Shown here in pieces: positions 37,512 to 46,056 of a DNA stretch of 64,000 bases. Position numbers and translations under genes: made by a program. The stretch comes from a virus. Below the pieces are notes generated by a model that saw only the letters and a program-made list of their open reading frames with translations, was not told where the DNA came from and did not search any database. Positions within the stretch are counted from its first letter, which is position 1. Each line of letters starts with the position of its first letter. The DNA lies in IMG/VR virus record IMGVR_UViG_3300032265_003789, positions 15,734-79,733 of that record. The stretch is one strand, 5' to 3'.

Positions 37512-38791
37512 TGAAGATCACCAAAATAAATTTATCAAATTTTCGAGGAGTTGAATCTCTATCTTTAAAGCTTCATGAAAGATTAAATGTATTATTTGGG
37601 ATGAATGGTACCGGAAAATCAACAATTTTCTATGCTGTTGCAATAATGCTTTCATGGACTATCCAAAGAATAAAATCTATCCAATCTAATGGAAAGGATA
37701 TTCCACAACTTGATATTAAAAATGGATCTCATAGATCATCAATAGAGATATTTTGTAGTGATAACAATAGGGAAATTTTTTGGAGGCGCACTAACCATTT
37801 AGAAGGATATGGTTTGTCAGAAGAGCGCAGTGATTTTACCCATTTAAACGAATATGTAAAACAAATTCAAGATGAAATAGCTGCACAAAAAGAAAAAATT
37901 AATTTACCTTTATTTGTTTATTATCCAGTTAATCGAGCAGTTTTAGATATTCCTTTACGAATTAAGTCTAAACATCAATTTGATTTACTTGCTGCTTATG
38001 AAGATGCATTAACAAGTGGAGCTAATTTTCGTACTTTTTTTGAATGGTTTAGAGACAGAGAGGATCGTGAAAATCAAAACAGAAAATATATAGATGCTTT
38101 AATAAAGCCAGAGGATTATGTTTTTCCCGATCCTCAGCTTGAAGCAGTACGTCAAGCATTGCAAGAATTTTTACCTGAATTTAAAAATATAAATGTAATA
38201 AGAAATAATCCTCCTAGAATGGAAGTAACAAAAAATGGGGAAATATTGCGAATCGATCAACTTTCTGATGGAGAAAAATGCTTGATTGCTATGATAAGTG
38301 ATTTAGCTCGTAGATTAGCTATTGCCAATCCAAAACGAGACAATCCATTAGAAGGCGAAGGAATCGTATTAATTGATGAAATAGAGCTACATCTTCATCC
38401 AAAATGGCAAAGAATGATCGTTCCTAAATTATTAGAAGTATTTCCTAATTGTCAATTTATTATTTCAACTCATTCTCCAAACGTTATCACACATGTTAAA
38501 CCTGAAAGTCTTTATTTACTTGAACAATCTCAAGGAAAGATAAACGTTAGTAAACCCCAAGAATCTTATGGAAAGACTGTAGAAAGAATTCTTGAAGATC
38601 TTATGGGATTAACCACAACAAGACCTGATGAAGTAAATGTTAAACTTCGTGAAATATATGACAAAATTCAACAAGGCAATCTTGATGAAGCTAAGCAAAT
38701 GATAGACTCTATGAGAAAAATAATTGCCGAAGACCCTGAATTAGTTAAAGCAGAAGTTTTGATTAAGCGTAAAAAAATAATTGGCAAATGA
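37511..38791 (+). CDS. ABC/AAA_21 ATPase, Septu/retron-effector PtuA-like
   Basis: Walker A GMNGTGKST, LSDGEK signature, VLIDEIELHLHP, STHSP; overlaps an HNH start (ATGA); more AT-rich than flanks. Confidence 0.85.
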   Translation: MKITKINLSNFRGVESLSLKLHERLNVLFGMNGTGKSTIFYAVAIMLSWTIQRIKSIQSNGKDIPQLDIKNGSHRSSIEIFCSDNNREIFWRRTNHLEGYGLSEERSDFTHLNEYVKQIQDEIAAQKEKINLPLFVYYPVNRAVLDIPLRIKSKHQFDLLAAYEDALTSGANFRTFFEWFRDREDRENQNRKYIDALIKPEDYVFPDPQLEAVRQALQEFLPEFKNINVIRNNPPRMEVTKNGEILRIDQLSDGEKCLIAMISDLARRLAIANPKRDNPLEGEGIVLIDEIELHLHPKWQRMIVPKLLEVFPNCQFIISTHSPNVITHVKPESLYLLEQSQGKINVSKPQESYGKTVERILEDLMGLTTTRPDEVNVKLREIYDKIQQGNLDEAKQMIDSMRKIIAEDPELVKAEVLIKRKKIIGK

Positions 38792-38895
38792 AGCATATTA
38801 GAAAAAACAAGAACCGGCATCTTTTTCAAACTGGAAATCTCAAGCTAACGATGATTGGAGACCAGCCTATGAAAATTTTCAAGGTGAAATCAAAA
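38788..38895 (+). pseudogene. Frameshifted and truncated PtuB/TIGR02646-like HNH nuclease
   Basis: MKHIRK-(frameshift in A run 38802-38807)-QEPASFSNWKSQANDDWRPAYENFQGEIK, then cut by the repeat. Confidence 0.7.
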
Positions 38896-38984
38896 GCTGT
38901 AAGATTGCTCATATATGGTTGTCGGTATGATTGATAACCTCAATAATATCAAGACCTAAAAACCCCAATTTTTACCAGAAATTA
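38887..38984 (+). repeat. 98-bp direct repeat, copy 2
   Basis: Matches 37414-37511; ends in the terminase stop codon. Confidence 0.92.
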
Positions 38985-40421
38985 CACAACAACTTGAGTT
39001 ATTGACAGGGCAAAAGCTAAGCTCATAATGATATCATCGTGCCTGCCAGCGATGGCTTGAAGCTTCCCATCGGTATTTCTAAAGCTTAGGAATTCTTCTA
39101 TCACAACCCGGTCATTGGGGATTATAAGTTGCGTTTTCTCCAGTATTAGCAGTAGCCTGTTGATAAACACTGGCTTGGATACAGCAGTGGTTTTTACTGG
39201 TTCAATATTGGTATTAATATTAGATTTTGTAAGCTGTTCAAAGTAGATTTGACCGCCACTATTGACCTCAATCCCCACTGCTACGGGGTTATATTTTTGT
39301 ATTAATTCTGTTAGCTGATAAATATGATAATCGTTAGTTTGCTTGCGTTTGCGATACATATCCACCAGATACAATTTATCCCCAGTGGATTTTAGGACAG
39401 TTGCCACGCAATAATCTAAGCCCAACAAACTAGTATCAATTCCGATATAGTAGGACGCGTCGGGGTCTACTTCTTTTTCCCAGTTACCTGTATTGACAGT
39501 GCGTATTAAGTCGTTACTAAATATGATAGATTCTGCGCTGGTAAACGACAAATTATATTCCTGCTCGATTACTTCCATCGGAGCGCCATACTGCTTTTGT
39601 AAATCCTCCAGATAAGTAGCTTTTTTGAGCTTAAATTTAGGATGATCTAACCAGTGAAGGACAAATTTGCACCAATTGTTTTTATCAGTCCAGTATTGGC
39701 AGGGTACCACTTCCTCAGCTTTGATTTTCTCGCAAAGCTCCAATATGTCCACGTTATCGTTATTGTTAGCCAGTTTATCCCAATACCATCCCGACTGGCC
39801 GTTAGGGGTAGAGAGGATGATGATTTTAGCCCTATCGCCCATCATCGTGGTACAGGGGATGGACGCTTTGTAGATTTCCTCTATTTCCTCCACAAATGCC
39901 GATTCATCAAATAAAATGTCGGATACAGATTCTAGTCCCCTGGCGCCATTGGGAGTAGAGTTTCTAAAAAGGATTCTGCCACCGTTTTTAAATTCAATAT
40001 CGGTCAGTGAATCGGTTTTAGTTTCGCAGTACTGATACAAAAACTCAATAGTCCGCCTAAGTCTTTTAGCGATATTACTGGTATCAGATTGGGATTTGGA
40101 AAATACTACTGCTAAATATCCAGGGTTACTTAAAGCCTTGAATAAAAAGTAATTGATAATCGTTTCAGTGATTCCTAGCTGCCGAGTTTTGGTAATTACT
40201 GTAGTAGGATGAGTCTCAATTTGCTGTATTAACCTGACTTGATACTCATAGGGATTAAAAAATATAATCCCATCGCCAGAACGAATCTTGCAAATCTTGG
40301 CAAACTCTAGCCAAGTTGTGGGAATAGGTAGCAGGTGAGATTTGTTGGCTTGCGAGGGACTATTACGGTAAGTCCGCTCTAGATAGACCCGTTGTCCCCA
40401 GCTCTTAAGTGTTAGTTTCAC
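38982..40421 (-). CDS. terL: Terminase large subunit
   Basis: KTRQLGITE Walker A variant, ILFDESAF Walker B, LSTPNG, IGID, HDDIIMSLA nuclease motif. Confidence 0.9.
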   Translation of the reverse strand: MKLTLKSWGQRVYLERTYRNSPSQANKSHLLPIPTTWLEFAKICKIRSGDGIIFFNPYEYQVRLIQQIETHPTTVITKTRQLGITETIINYFLFKALSNPGYLAVVFSKSQSDTSNIAKRLRRTIEFLYQYCETKTDSLTDIEFKNGGRILFRNSTPNGARGLESVSDILFDESAFVEEIEEIYKASIPCTTMMGDRAKIIILSTPNGQSGWYWDKLANNNDNVDILELCEKIKAEEVVPCQYWTDKNNWCKFVLHWLDHPKFKLKKATYLEDLQKQYGAPMEVIEQEYNLSFTSAESIIFSNDLIRTVNTGNWEKEVDPDASYYIGIDTSLLGLDYCVATVLKSTGDKLYLVDMYRKRKQTNDYHIYQLTELIQKYNPVAVGIEVNSGGQIYFEQLTKSNINTNIEPVKTTAVSKPVFINRLLLILEKTQLIIPNDRVVIEEFLSFRNTDGKLQAIAGRHDDIIMSLAFALSITQVVV

Positions 40422-40971
40422 CGGCAGCCTTGAGTTGTTTTTCTTTTTCTGCTAACAGCTCTTTAATACCAGTGAGCTCAGCTAGCAGGTTGATAGCCAA
40501 TTGGTTGTTTTCGGTCAGCGCTTGGGCTGCTTTGATACAATTTAGAGTGTCAATTGGACGCTTAAAGCCTAGAGGTGTGCCTCGATAAGCATTGTCAAAT
40601 TGCTCGGCAAGATAGCCAACGCGCTCTGTATCAAGTTGGACTAGTTCTATTCGTTTTTTGATAATATCGAAAATTAATGCTGATTCGCGCTCGACTATTT
40701 CAGCAGCCTGAGCCCGTTTGAAGTCAATAGCTCGTTGTCTCCACTGGTAATCAGTGCAAACTTTTATCCATTCTCTAGGAATCTTTAGAGCGCTGAGAGA
40801 ACTCGGCTTTTTGCCGGTAGATAGCAAATAATTATAGTAAGCGCTTTGGAGAGAGTCGCTCTCATCTATTACCCCAGGCAGGTAATAGGCAATAAATTTT
40901 AAATACCAATCAAGTGGCTCCGTATCAAGCTGAGCCCAAGATTTAGTTTCTTCTGGTAGCTTAGAGACCAT
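40405..40971 (-). CDS. Putative terminase small subunit
   Basis: Directly upstream of and overlapping terL; W..RA..F helical motif. Confidence 0.55.
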   Translation of the reverse strand: MVSKLPEETKSWAQLDTEPLDWYLKFIAYYLPGVIDESDSLQSAYYNYLLSTGKKPSSLSALKIPREWIKVCTDYQWRQRAIDFKRAQAAEIVERESALIFDIIKKRIELVQLDTERVGYLAEQFDNAYRGTPLGFKRPIDTLNCIKAAQALTENNQLAINLLAELTGIKELLAEKEKQLKAAGETNT

Positions 40972-41026
40972 CTTTGTAAAATAGTATTAAATATTATTAG
41001 TATACCTTGATTGAAAAATCTTTAAA

Positions 41027-41088
41027 ATAGGTATTGACTTTCTGAAAAATATCGCATAAGCTAAGGAAAGTTAGAAACTAGGAGATTA
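41027..41088 (+). promoter_or_regulatory. Early promoter (TAAGCT class)
   Basis: TTGACT-N17-TAAGCT-AAGGAAAGTTAGAAACTAGGAGAT, similar to 21588 and 25904. Confidence 0.65.
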
Positions 41089-41091
41089 GAA

Positions 41092-41988
41092 ATGAACATC
41101 AACGACTGTCACAAGATTGACCGTTACGGATACACTAGCTATTGGTATATCAAGCCCAATGCTCCAGAGAGGGTATTCTTAAAAGAAAAAATTGACGACA
41201 GAGAGGACTTCCACATTGTTGGAGAAATTGACGGATATTATGAATATCAAATTACCAATGATTTCATAAACGCCGTTGGCGCATCTGGTGAGTACCTGAT
41301 GACTGCTAATGGGGCTTTAGGATTTAATAGCATCTGGGATTACGATAACAGCAAAGAATTGTATTGGTGTGTTGACCTTTGTGAAAGTCCATATATTGTG
41401 ATAAACAAAGTAGAACTAAAGCCCGAGCCATGGTGGGACGCTCAAGGCTACTACCAAGGACAGTGGATTGCGGCATTTTGCCGTGAGTGGGATTTAGAGG
41501 ATGATGAAGAGGAAGATGATATAAAACTAGGAGAAGATATTGTGGAAATGGAAATTGTAAAAACCGAGGAAATGCGTGGCGGCGACAGCTTGTTTTGGAA
41601 TTGGGAGATTGGTAAAAAACCACGGTTGTTTTCGCTAACTCAACTCACCTATCCTTCTGAAATTGATTGGGAATTTTCCACAATCCGCGAAGGAAGAGGT
41701 CAAGAACAAAAAATTTATAAAGCATTTGAATATGCTGTAACTTCAGAAATGTTAACTGCCTACGCAAGGGTAGATAAAAAGGTCACTACTCCTGCGGGTG
41801 ACTTAACCTTTTATGTTGTTCGAGACAACGGGTCTAGATCTTTAGAAGATACCAACTTCTTCTACTGGGCAGTTGACCCAGATGGAAATGTATTGGGAAC
41901 TTATTCCCGTTGGATAGGCGATAATGAAGACTTAAATTGGCGCGCCAGAATCACAAAACAATTCTGCTCAGAACCGGTTAATGTATAA
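41092..41988 (+). CDS. Acidic Trp-rich early protein with two related domains
   Basis: EY.(I/V)T..T..G.L.F..YW.VD occurs twice. Confidence 0.7.
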   Translation: MNINDCHKIDRYGYTSYWYIKPNAPERVFLKEKIDDREDFHIVGEIDGYYEYQITNDFINAVGASGEYLMTANGALGFNSIWDYDNSKELYWCVDLCESPYIVINKVELKPEPWWDAQGYYQGQWIAAFCREWDLEDDEEEDDIKLGEDIVEMEIVKTEEMRGGDSLFWNWEIGKKPRLFSLTQLTYPSEIDWEFSTIREGRGQEQKIYKAFEYAVTSEMLTAYARVDKKVTTPAGDLTFYVVRDNGSRSLEDTNFFYWAVDPDGNVLGTYSRWIGDNEDLNWRARITKQFCSEPVNV

Positions 41989-42027
41989 TTAATCTGTTTT
42001 CAAAATATGTTTATGCCTCAATTTTTT

Positions 42028-42649
42028 TGGGGTTTTTTGCTGTTTAAGCGTATTGATAAAATTAAACAGAATCAATCAAATTTGTGTAAATAAAATTCAT
42101 AAAATGCAAGTCACCGTCTCCATGAAAACAAATGAATGGATTAAAATGCAAAAATCCGATAGGATTTGGTCTTGGGTAATTGGTAGCCAACCACGTTTGT
42201 ACACATTAAATAAAATTAATTACCCAAGACAAGAATTAGAGCCGATAGGGTTTGGCGTAATACAAATTGGAGATTTGCTTTATACGGCATTCAAATATGA
42301 AGTTACTCCAGAAATATTAAATCTTTATGCAATTCTAAAAAGCGTTGTCAACACACTAAAAGGAGATGTCAAATTCTATACCACGTTACCAGAAGACCAC
42401 AAAACATCCTTGGTGGGAAACAGAACATTTTATTGGTGGGCAGTCAATCCAATGGGTGAGGTTTTAGATGTGTGTTTAGTTTGTGTTTACGATACTGAAG
42501 ATAGAATCCGCTGGTGCAATCAAGTAATTCAAAACTTTGTGCATAATTAAAATTTATTGCTAACAAAATATACTTACAACCCCAGTTTTCTGGGGTTTTT
42601 TGCTGTTTAAGCGTATTGATAAAATTAAACAGAATCAATCAAATTTGTG
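42028..42649 (+). repeat. 59-bp perfect direct repeat (42028-42086 and 42591-42649)
   Basis: TGGGGTTTTTTGCTGTTTAAGCGTATTGATAAAATTAAACAGAATCAATCAAATTTGTG; internal CTGTTTAA/TTAAACAG inverted repeat. Confidence 0.9.
42104..42550 (+). CDS. Paralogue of the C-terminal domain of 41092-41988
   Basis: WSWVIGSQPRLYTL vs WNWEIGKKPRLFSL; WAVNPMGEVL vs WAVDPDGNVL. Confidence 0.7.
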   Translation: MQVTVSMKTNEWIKMQKSDRIWSWVIGSQPRLYTLNKINYPRQELEPIGFGVIQIGDLLYTAFKYEVTPEILNLYAILKSVVNTLKGDVKFYTTLPEDHKTSLVGNRTFYWWAVNPMGEVLDVCLVCVYDTEDRIRWCNQVIQNFVHN

Positions 42650-42656
42650 GAGCGCT

Positions 42657-43154
42657 ATGGCACTTTCAATAGATTATTTGCGCTTGCCGCATTGCCCAGA
42701 AAATCAACTAATCAAGCACAATCCTACTGATGTCGGTTTTGATATTTACCTAACTCATGACACTTGGGTCTATCCATACAGCCAAATACCCTACGACAAT
42801 GAGCGGGACGAGTATCGCGTATCATTGCAGCCTACTGGAGTGATATTAGCACCTTTAACTACTGATTACTGGTTTGGGCTTTACCCTAGGAGCTCCACAA
42901 TAAAAAAGGGAGTTGCGCTAGCTAATACAATAGGCATTATTGATCCCACTTATACTGGAGAGTTACTGCTGGCTTTATATAGTTTGCACAAGCCAATTCT
43001 GCTCAAAGCTGAAAAAGCTATAGCTCAACTAGTAATACATCACAACATCACTACAGAATTTAACCTAATTGAAAATGACCCCAGATTTAACAAACGTGGC
43101 GGATTTGGATCAACAGATAGTAAATCAAACTTACCGACCGCTATACCAGGCTAA
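42657..43154 (+). CDS. dut: dUTPase (trimeric)
   Basis: GFDI, PRSS, GIIDPTYTGEL, IAQLV, RGGFGSTD. Confidence 0.92.
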   Translation: MALSIDYLRLPHCPENQLIKHNPTDVGFDIYLTHDTWVYPYSQIPYDNERDEYRVSLQPTGVILAPLTTDYWFGLYPRSSTIKKGVALANTIGIIDPTYTGELLLALYSLHKPILLKAEKAIAQLVIHHNITTEFNLIENDPRFNKRGGFGSTDSKSNLPTAIPG

Positions 43155-44574
43155 TCAGGTAATTTGCGGACATGGCTCTATTGTGATAGTAACTGGATGG
43201 ACGCCAGCGGCAATAATAGCCAAGCAACTTGACCCGGACTATTACGCTGCTATTGGTAATTTGTATAGCCCTACTCGCGGTCTATCTCCACTATTGCGCA
43301 ATATCTTAGCCAATCCGTATATCAACTGCATCACAGGCTTGAAATGCACCAAAGAAGACGATAATGCTGGCGGTGTTCAAGCTTTGAATGATTTTTTTGT
43401 TAAGGGTTTTGAGGAAGGATTTAGCGATCTTGGCAAGCCAGTATGGGTAGTAAATTCACAAATTCGGGCTTATATTGATATTGAAATCCCCGGAGAAGCT
43501 TTAGAAGATATCAGGCGAAATGTCCGTTGGGTACTTAATTACACTGTGGCAGATTGTGTTAGATTTGTATTTCTTAAAATATTTCAGGCTAAATCTCACT
43601 GGGCTTATCCTAGAGCGTATCCCGAGCCTGAGTTTGTTCCTAGTAAAGCTTTGCCAGCTTCTCCCTTTGCTCACAGGGTTGAGGCAAAAACCATAGCCAA
43701 AGCTTGGGTGAAAATTCTACACAGAATAACAACCTCTGGCATAATCAGGCAGAGTAGTTATGGGCTCTGGCAAGAGCTAATAGATTTGGTTGTAGTGATT
43801 ACAGATGAGCCAGATGTTTTGGAGTTTACTAATTACTTGCCAATCACTCGAATGTTTTTCAAAAACTACTTAGCTGAATTTTCAGACCCTGCCAATCTTG
43901 GGGATGTTAGCTATACCTACGGGCAAAGGATCCGCTCACATTTTGGCGTGGATCAGGTTGAGCAGGTGATTGAAAAATTAAACGCTGACGCCAAAAGTGG
44001 AGGAGATTTCAATTGCTCTAATGCTGTGATTTCCCTGTGGGATCCAAGCGTAGATGGCAAGCAAACCAAGAATACGCCTTGCTTAAATCACCTTTGGTTT
44101 AGAGTTGTCCAAGGCAGGTTAACTCTTATTGCCACATTTAGGAGCAATGATATGTACAGCGCTTGGGTAGCCAATACAATGGCGCTTAGATGCCTTCAGA
44201 TTGAGGTAGCTAAAAGGCTTGATATATTGGCAGGTGAGCTAATCACAATTAGCCAGAGCGCACATATTTATCAAGATGATTGGCACGATGCCCAAGCGAT
44301 TGTAAAGCGGCAATACAGGAAATTATGCAAACCCAATTTTGCAGATCCCGTAGGCAGTTTTATTATTGAGCCTAATGTGCGGGAAATTGTTGTCCATCAA
44401 ACCACTGCCGGCAATGGCGAACTTGTCAATACCTACCGAGGTAAATCACCACTGACGCTTGTTCGGGAGATAGCAGCAGATAACCCCACAATTGCTCCAG
44501 AACACTTAGGGTATCTAGGCATCGAGCTAGAAAAAGCTTATAGATTAGGCTACAAGTACAAACAGGATAAATAA
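43069..44574 (+). CDS. thyA: Thymidylate synthase with N-terminal MtrA-like and C-terminal DUF4346-like domains
   Basis: YTYGQR, PCL, FRSND..AN, SAHIY; N-terminal AAIGNLYS..ILANP; C-terminal DPVGSF..EHLGYLGIELEKA. Confidence 0.8.
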   Translation: MKMTPDLTNVADLDQQIVNQTYRPLYQANQVICGHGSIVIVTGWTPAAIIAKQLDPDYYAAIGNLYSPTRGLSPLLRNILANPYINCITGLKCTKEDDNAGGVQALNDFFVKGFEEGFSDLGKPVWVVNSQIRAYIDIEIPGEALEDIRRNVRWVLNYTVADCVRFVFLKIFQAKSHWAYPRAYPEPEFVPSKALPASPFAHRVEAKTIAKAWVKILHRITTSGIIRQSSYGLWQELIDLVVVITDEPDVLEFTNYLPITRMFFKNYLAEFSDPANLGDVSYTYGQRIRSHFGVDQVEQVIEKLNADAKSGGDFNCSNAVISLWDPSVDGKQTKNTPCLNHLWFRVVQGRLTLIATFRSNDMYSAWVANTMALRCLQIEVAKRLDILAGELITISQSAHIYQDDWHDAQAIVKRQYRKLCKPNFADPVGSFIIEPNVREIVVHQTTAGNGELVNTYRGKSPLTLVREIAADNPTIAPEHLGYLGIELEKAYRLGYKYKQDK

Positions 44575-44582
44575 AGGAACAT

Positions 44583-44972
44583 ATGTTAAACGAAAAATAT
44601 ATAACAATAATTATTAAAACTAATTTAAATTATGAAGATATTGAATTAAAACAAAGTCAATTTATAAAAAATTTAAGTTATATTATTGGCAGCGTTGATA
44701 TTAATAAGCTTACCGCTTGTAATCATAAAAACTGCATATCTTGGGTATTTACTATACCTTTAACTGCTGCAATGAGACTTTTTCAATCTGAACATCTTAA
44801 AAACTTTGGGAAAAAACCAGAGTCTAGGACAGTTCATGTTATGAATTTTTTTATAGATAATTTTAAAATAAATTTTATTAATTGTGCTAGGCATCCTAAA
44901 GAAGTTTTCTTAACAACTGAAAGTGTAATTGAATATTTTACAAAATTAAAAATTAAATTATCTGACATCTAG
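44583..44972 (+). CDS. Very AT-rich hypothetical protein
   Basis: AAGGA RBS; ORF track. Confidence 0.5.
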   Translation: MLNEKYITIIIKTNLNYEDIELKQSQFIKNLSYIIGSVDINKLTACNHKNCISWVFTIPLTAAMRLFQSEHLKNFGKKPESRTVHVMNFFIDNFKINFINCARHPKEVFLTTESVIEYFTKLKIKLSDI

Positions 44973-45146
44973 TCCACGCTTAAATCGCAATCTGCGAAGT
45001 AAATCGCCTTTAAAAGCTTGAGGCTCAGATTCTACTAAGCGATAAAACATAATCTTGTTATCATCTGGTTCAAATTGTAAAATTAAATTAATAACTTCTA
45101 ATACTTCCGTCCAGATAACAATTTTTATATCCTTTAGGCTATTCAA
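44958..45146 (-). CDS. Small hypothetical protein
   Basis: Coupled to the Cas4-like gene. Confidence 0.4.
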   Translation of the reverse strand: MNSLKDIKIVIWTEVLEVINLILQFEPDDNKIMFYRLVESEPQAFKGDLLRRLRFKRGLDVR

Positions 45147-45783
45147 AGCTTACCTGAGCCTCGGGTATTAGCTTGCTTTTCTTATCACAAAACGAAGCCA
45201 CTGCGCAATATTTGCACTCTTGGCAAGAAGGGCTAGCTGGAGGCAATTCGGACTGCGTCGCAGTTTTTAGCAGCCTAGTAACAAAACCTTTCCAGTCGGT
45301 AGAAATAGAATCTGGATAGACCTCAAAACTATGGTCAGGATAGACTACTAGTCCGCTTGGTATAGTTTTAATTCCGTGAAGCGCCACAGTAGGAATTGTG
45401 CACATATACAATTGCACTTGTGCTATATCCTTGGCTCTGGGTTTACCAGTTTTTATATCTAGCACCAAATATTTGTCAAACATTTTGGCTACAATATCTG
45501 GTTTGCAGGCAAGAATGACCCCAGCTTCAGTGTTGACTCTGTACTCGTTTTCATGCTCCCTAAAAACGTCGTAGCCTTGCTCTGTAAGTTCACGCGCGCT
45601 CTGGTCAAGCAGAGTATTATGTTTGATTTTGTAAGCTTCCAAATTAAAATCTGATTGACGCTTGGGGAGGAAATAGTTTGATTTTAGGTGCATTGCCAAC
45701 TGGCATTGATTATCTCCAGCTAGATATCCGCTAATCCAACTGGGGTGAATAAAAGGATATTGACGTTTAGGTATATTTTGCAT
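45139..45783 (-). CDS. Cas4/RecB-like PD-(D/E)XK exonuclease with Fe-S cysteines
   Basis: N-terminal Cys, KPDIV, LDIKTG, QVQLY, C-terminal CKYCAVASFC. Confidence 0.75.
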   Translation of the reverse strand: MQNIPKRQYPFIHPSWISGYLAGDNQCQLAMHLKSNYFLPKRQSDFNLEAYKIKHNTLLDQSARELTEQGYDVFREHENEYRVNTEAGVILACKPDIVAKMFDKYLVLDIKTGKPRAKDIAQVQLYMCTIPTVALHGIKTIPSGLVVYPDHSFEVYPDSISTDWKGFVTRLLKTATQSELPPASPSCQECKYCAVASFCDKKSKLIPEAQVSFE

Positions 45784-45999
45784 CTACAGCTTATCTAAAG
45801 CCTCCAGCCATTTTTCTATATTTATCTGAAGCTTTTTATCACTGATTTGTCGCCAATGCTCACCGCGCTTGAAGGGGCTTTGTCCTGGAAAGTTTTTGGC
45901 TTTACGAATTTGCAAGTAGAATAGATGCTGCTTGATCCCTGATAATTGCGCAGCAGTCGCCACGTCGACCCACTGTACTTGTATTGTAAAACTTTTCAT
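45784..45999 (-). CDS. Excisionase-like HTH protein
   Basis: WVDVATAAQLSGI..FKRGEHWR; divergent from the integrase. Confidence 0.65.
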   Translation of the reverse strand: MKSFTIQVQWVDVATAAQLSGIKQHLFYLQIRKAKNFPGQSPFKRGEHWRQISDKKLQINIEKWLEALDKL

Positions 46000-46056
46000 T
46001 TATTGGTGTATTTAATTGATATCCTAAAAAATATCACAATCAAAAAACCGCAAAAA

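Noticed and set aside
37511-38895. Functional Septu or retron defence system
   Set aside because: The HNH gene is frameshifted and truncated; no reverse transcriptase or msr-msd seen.
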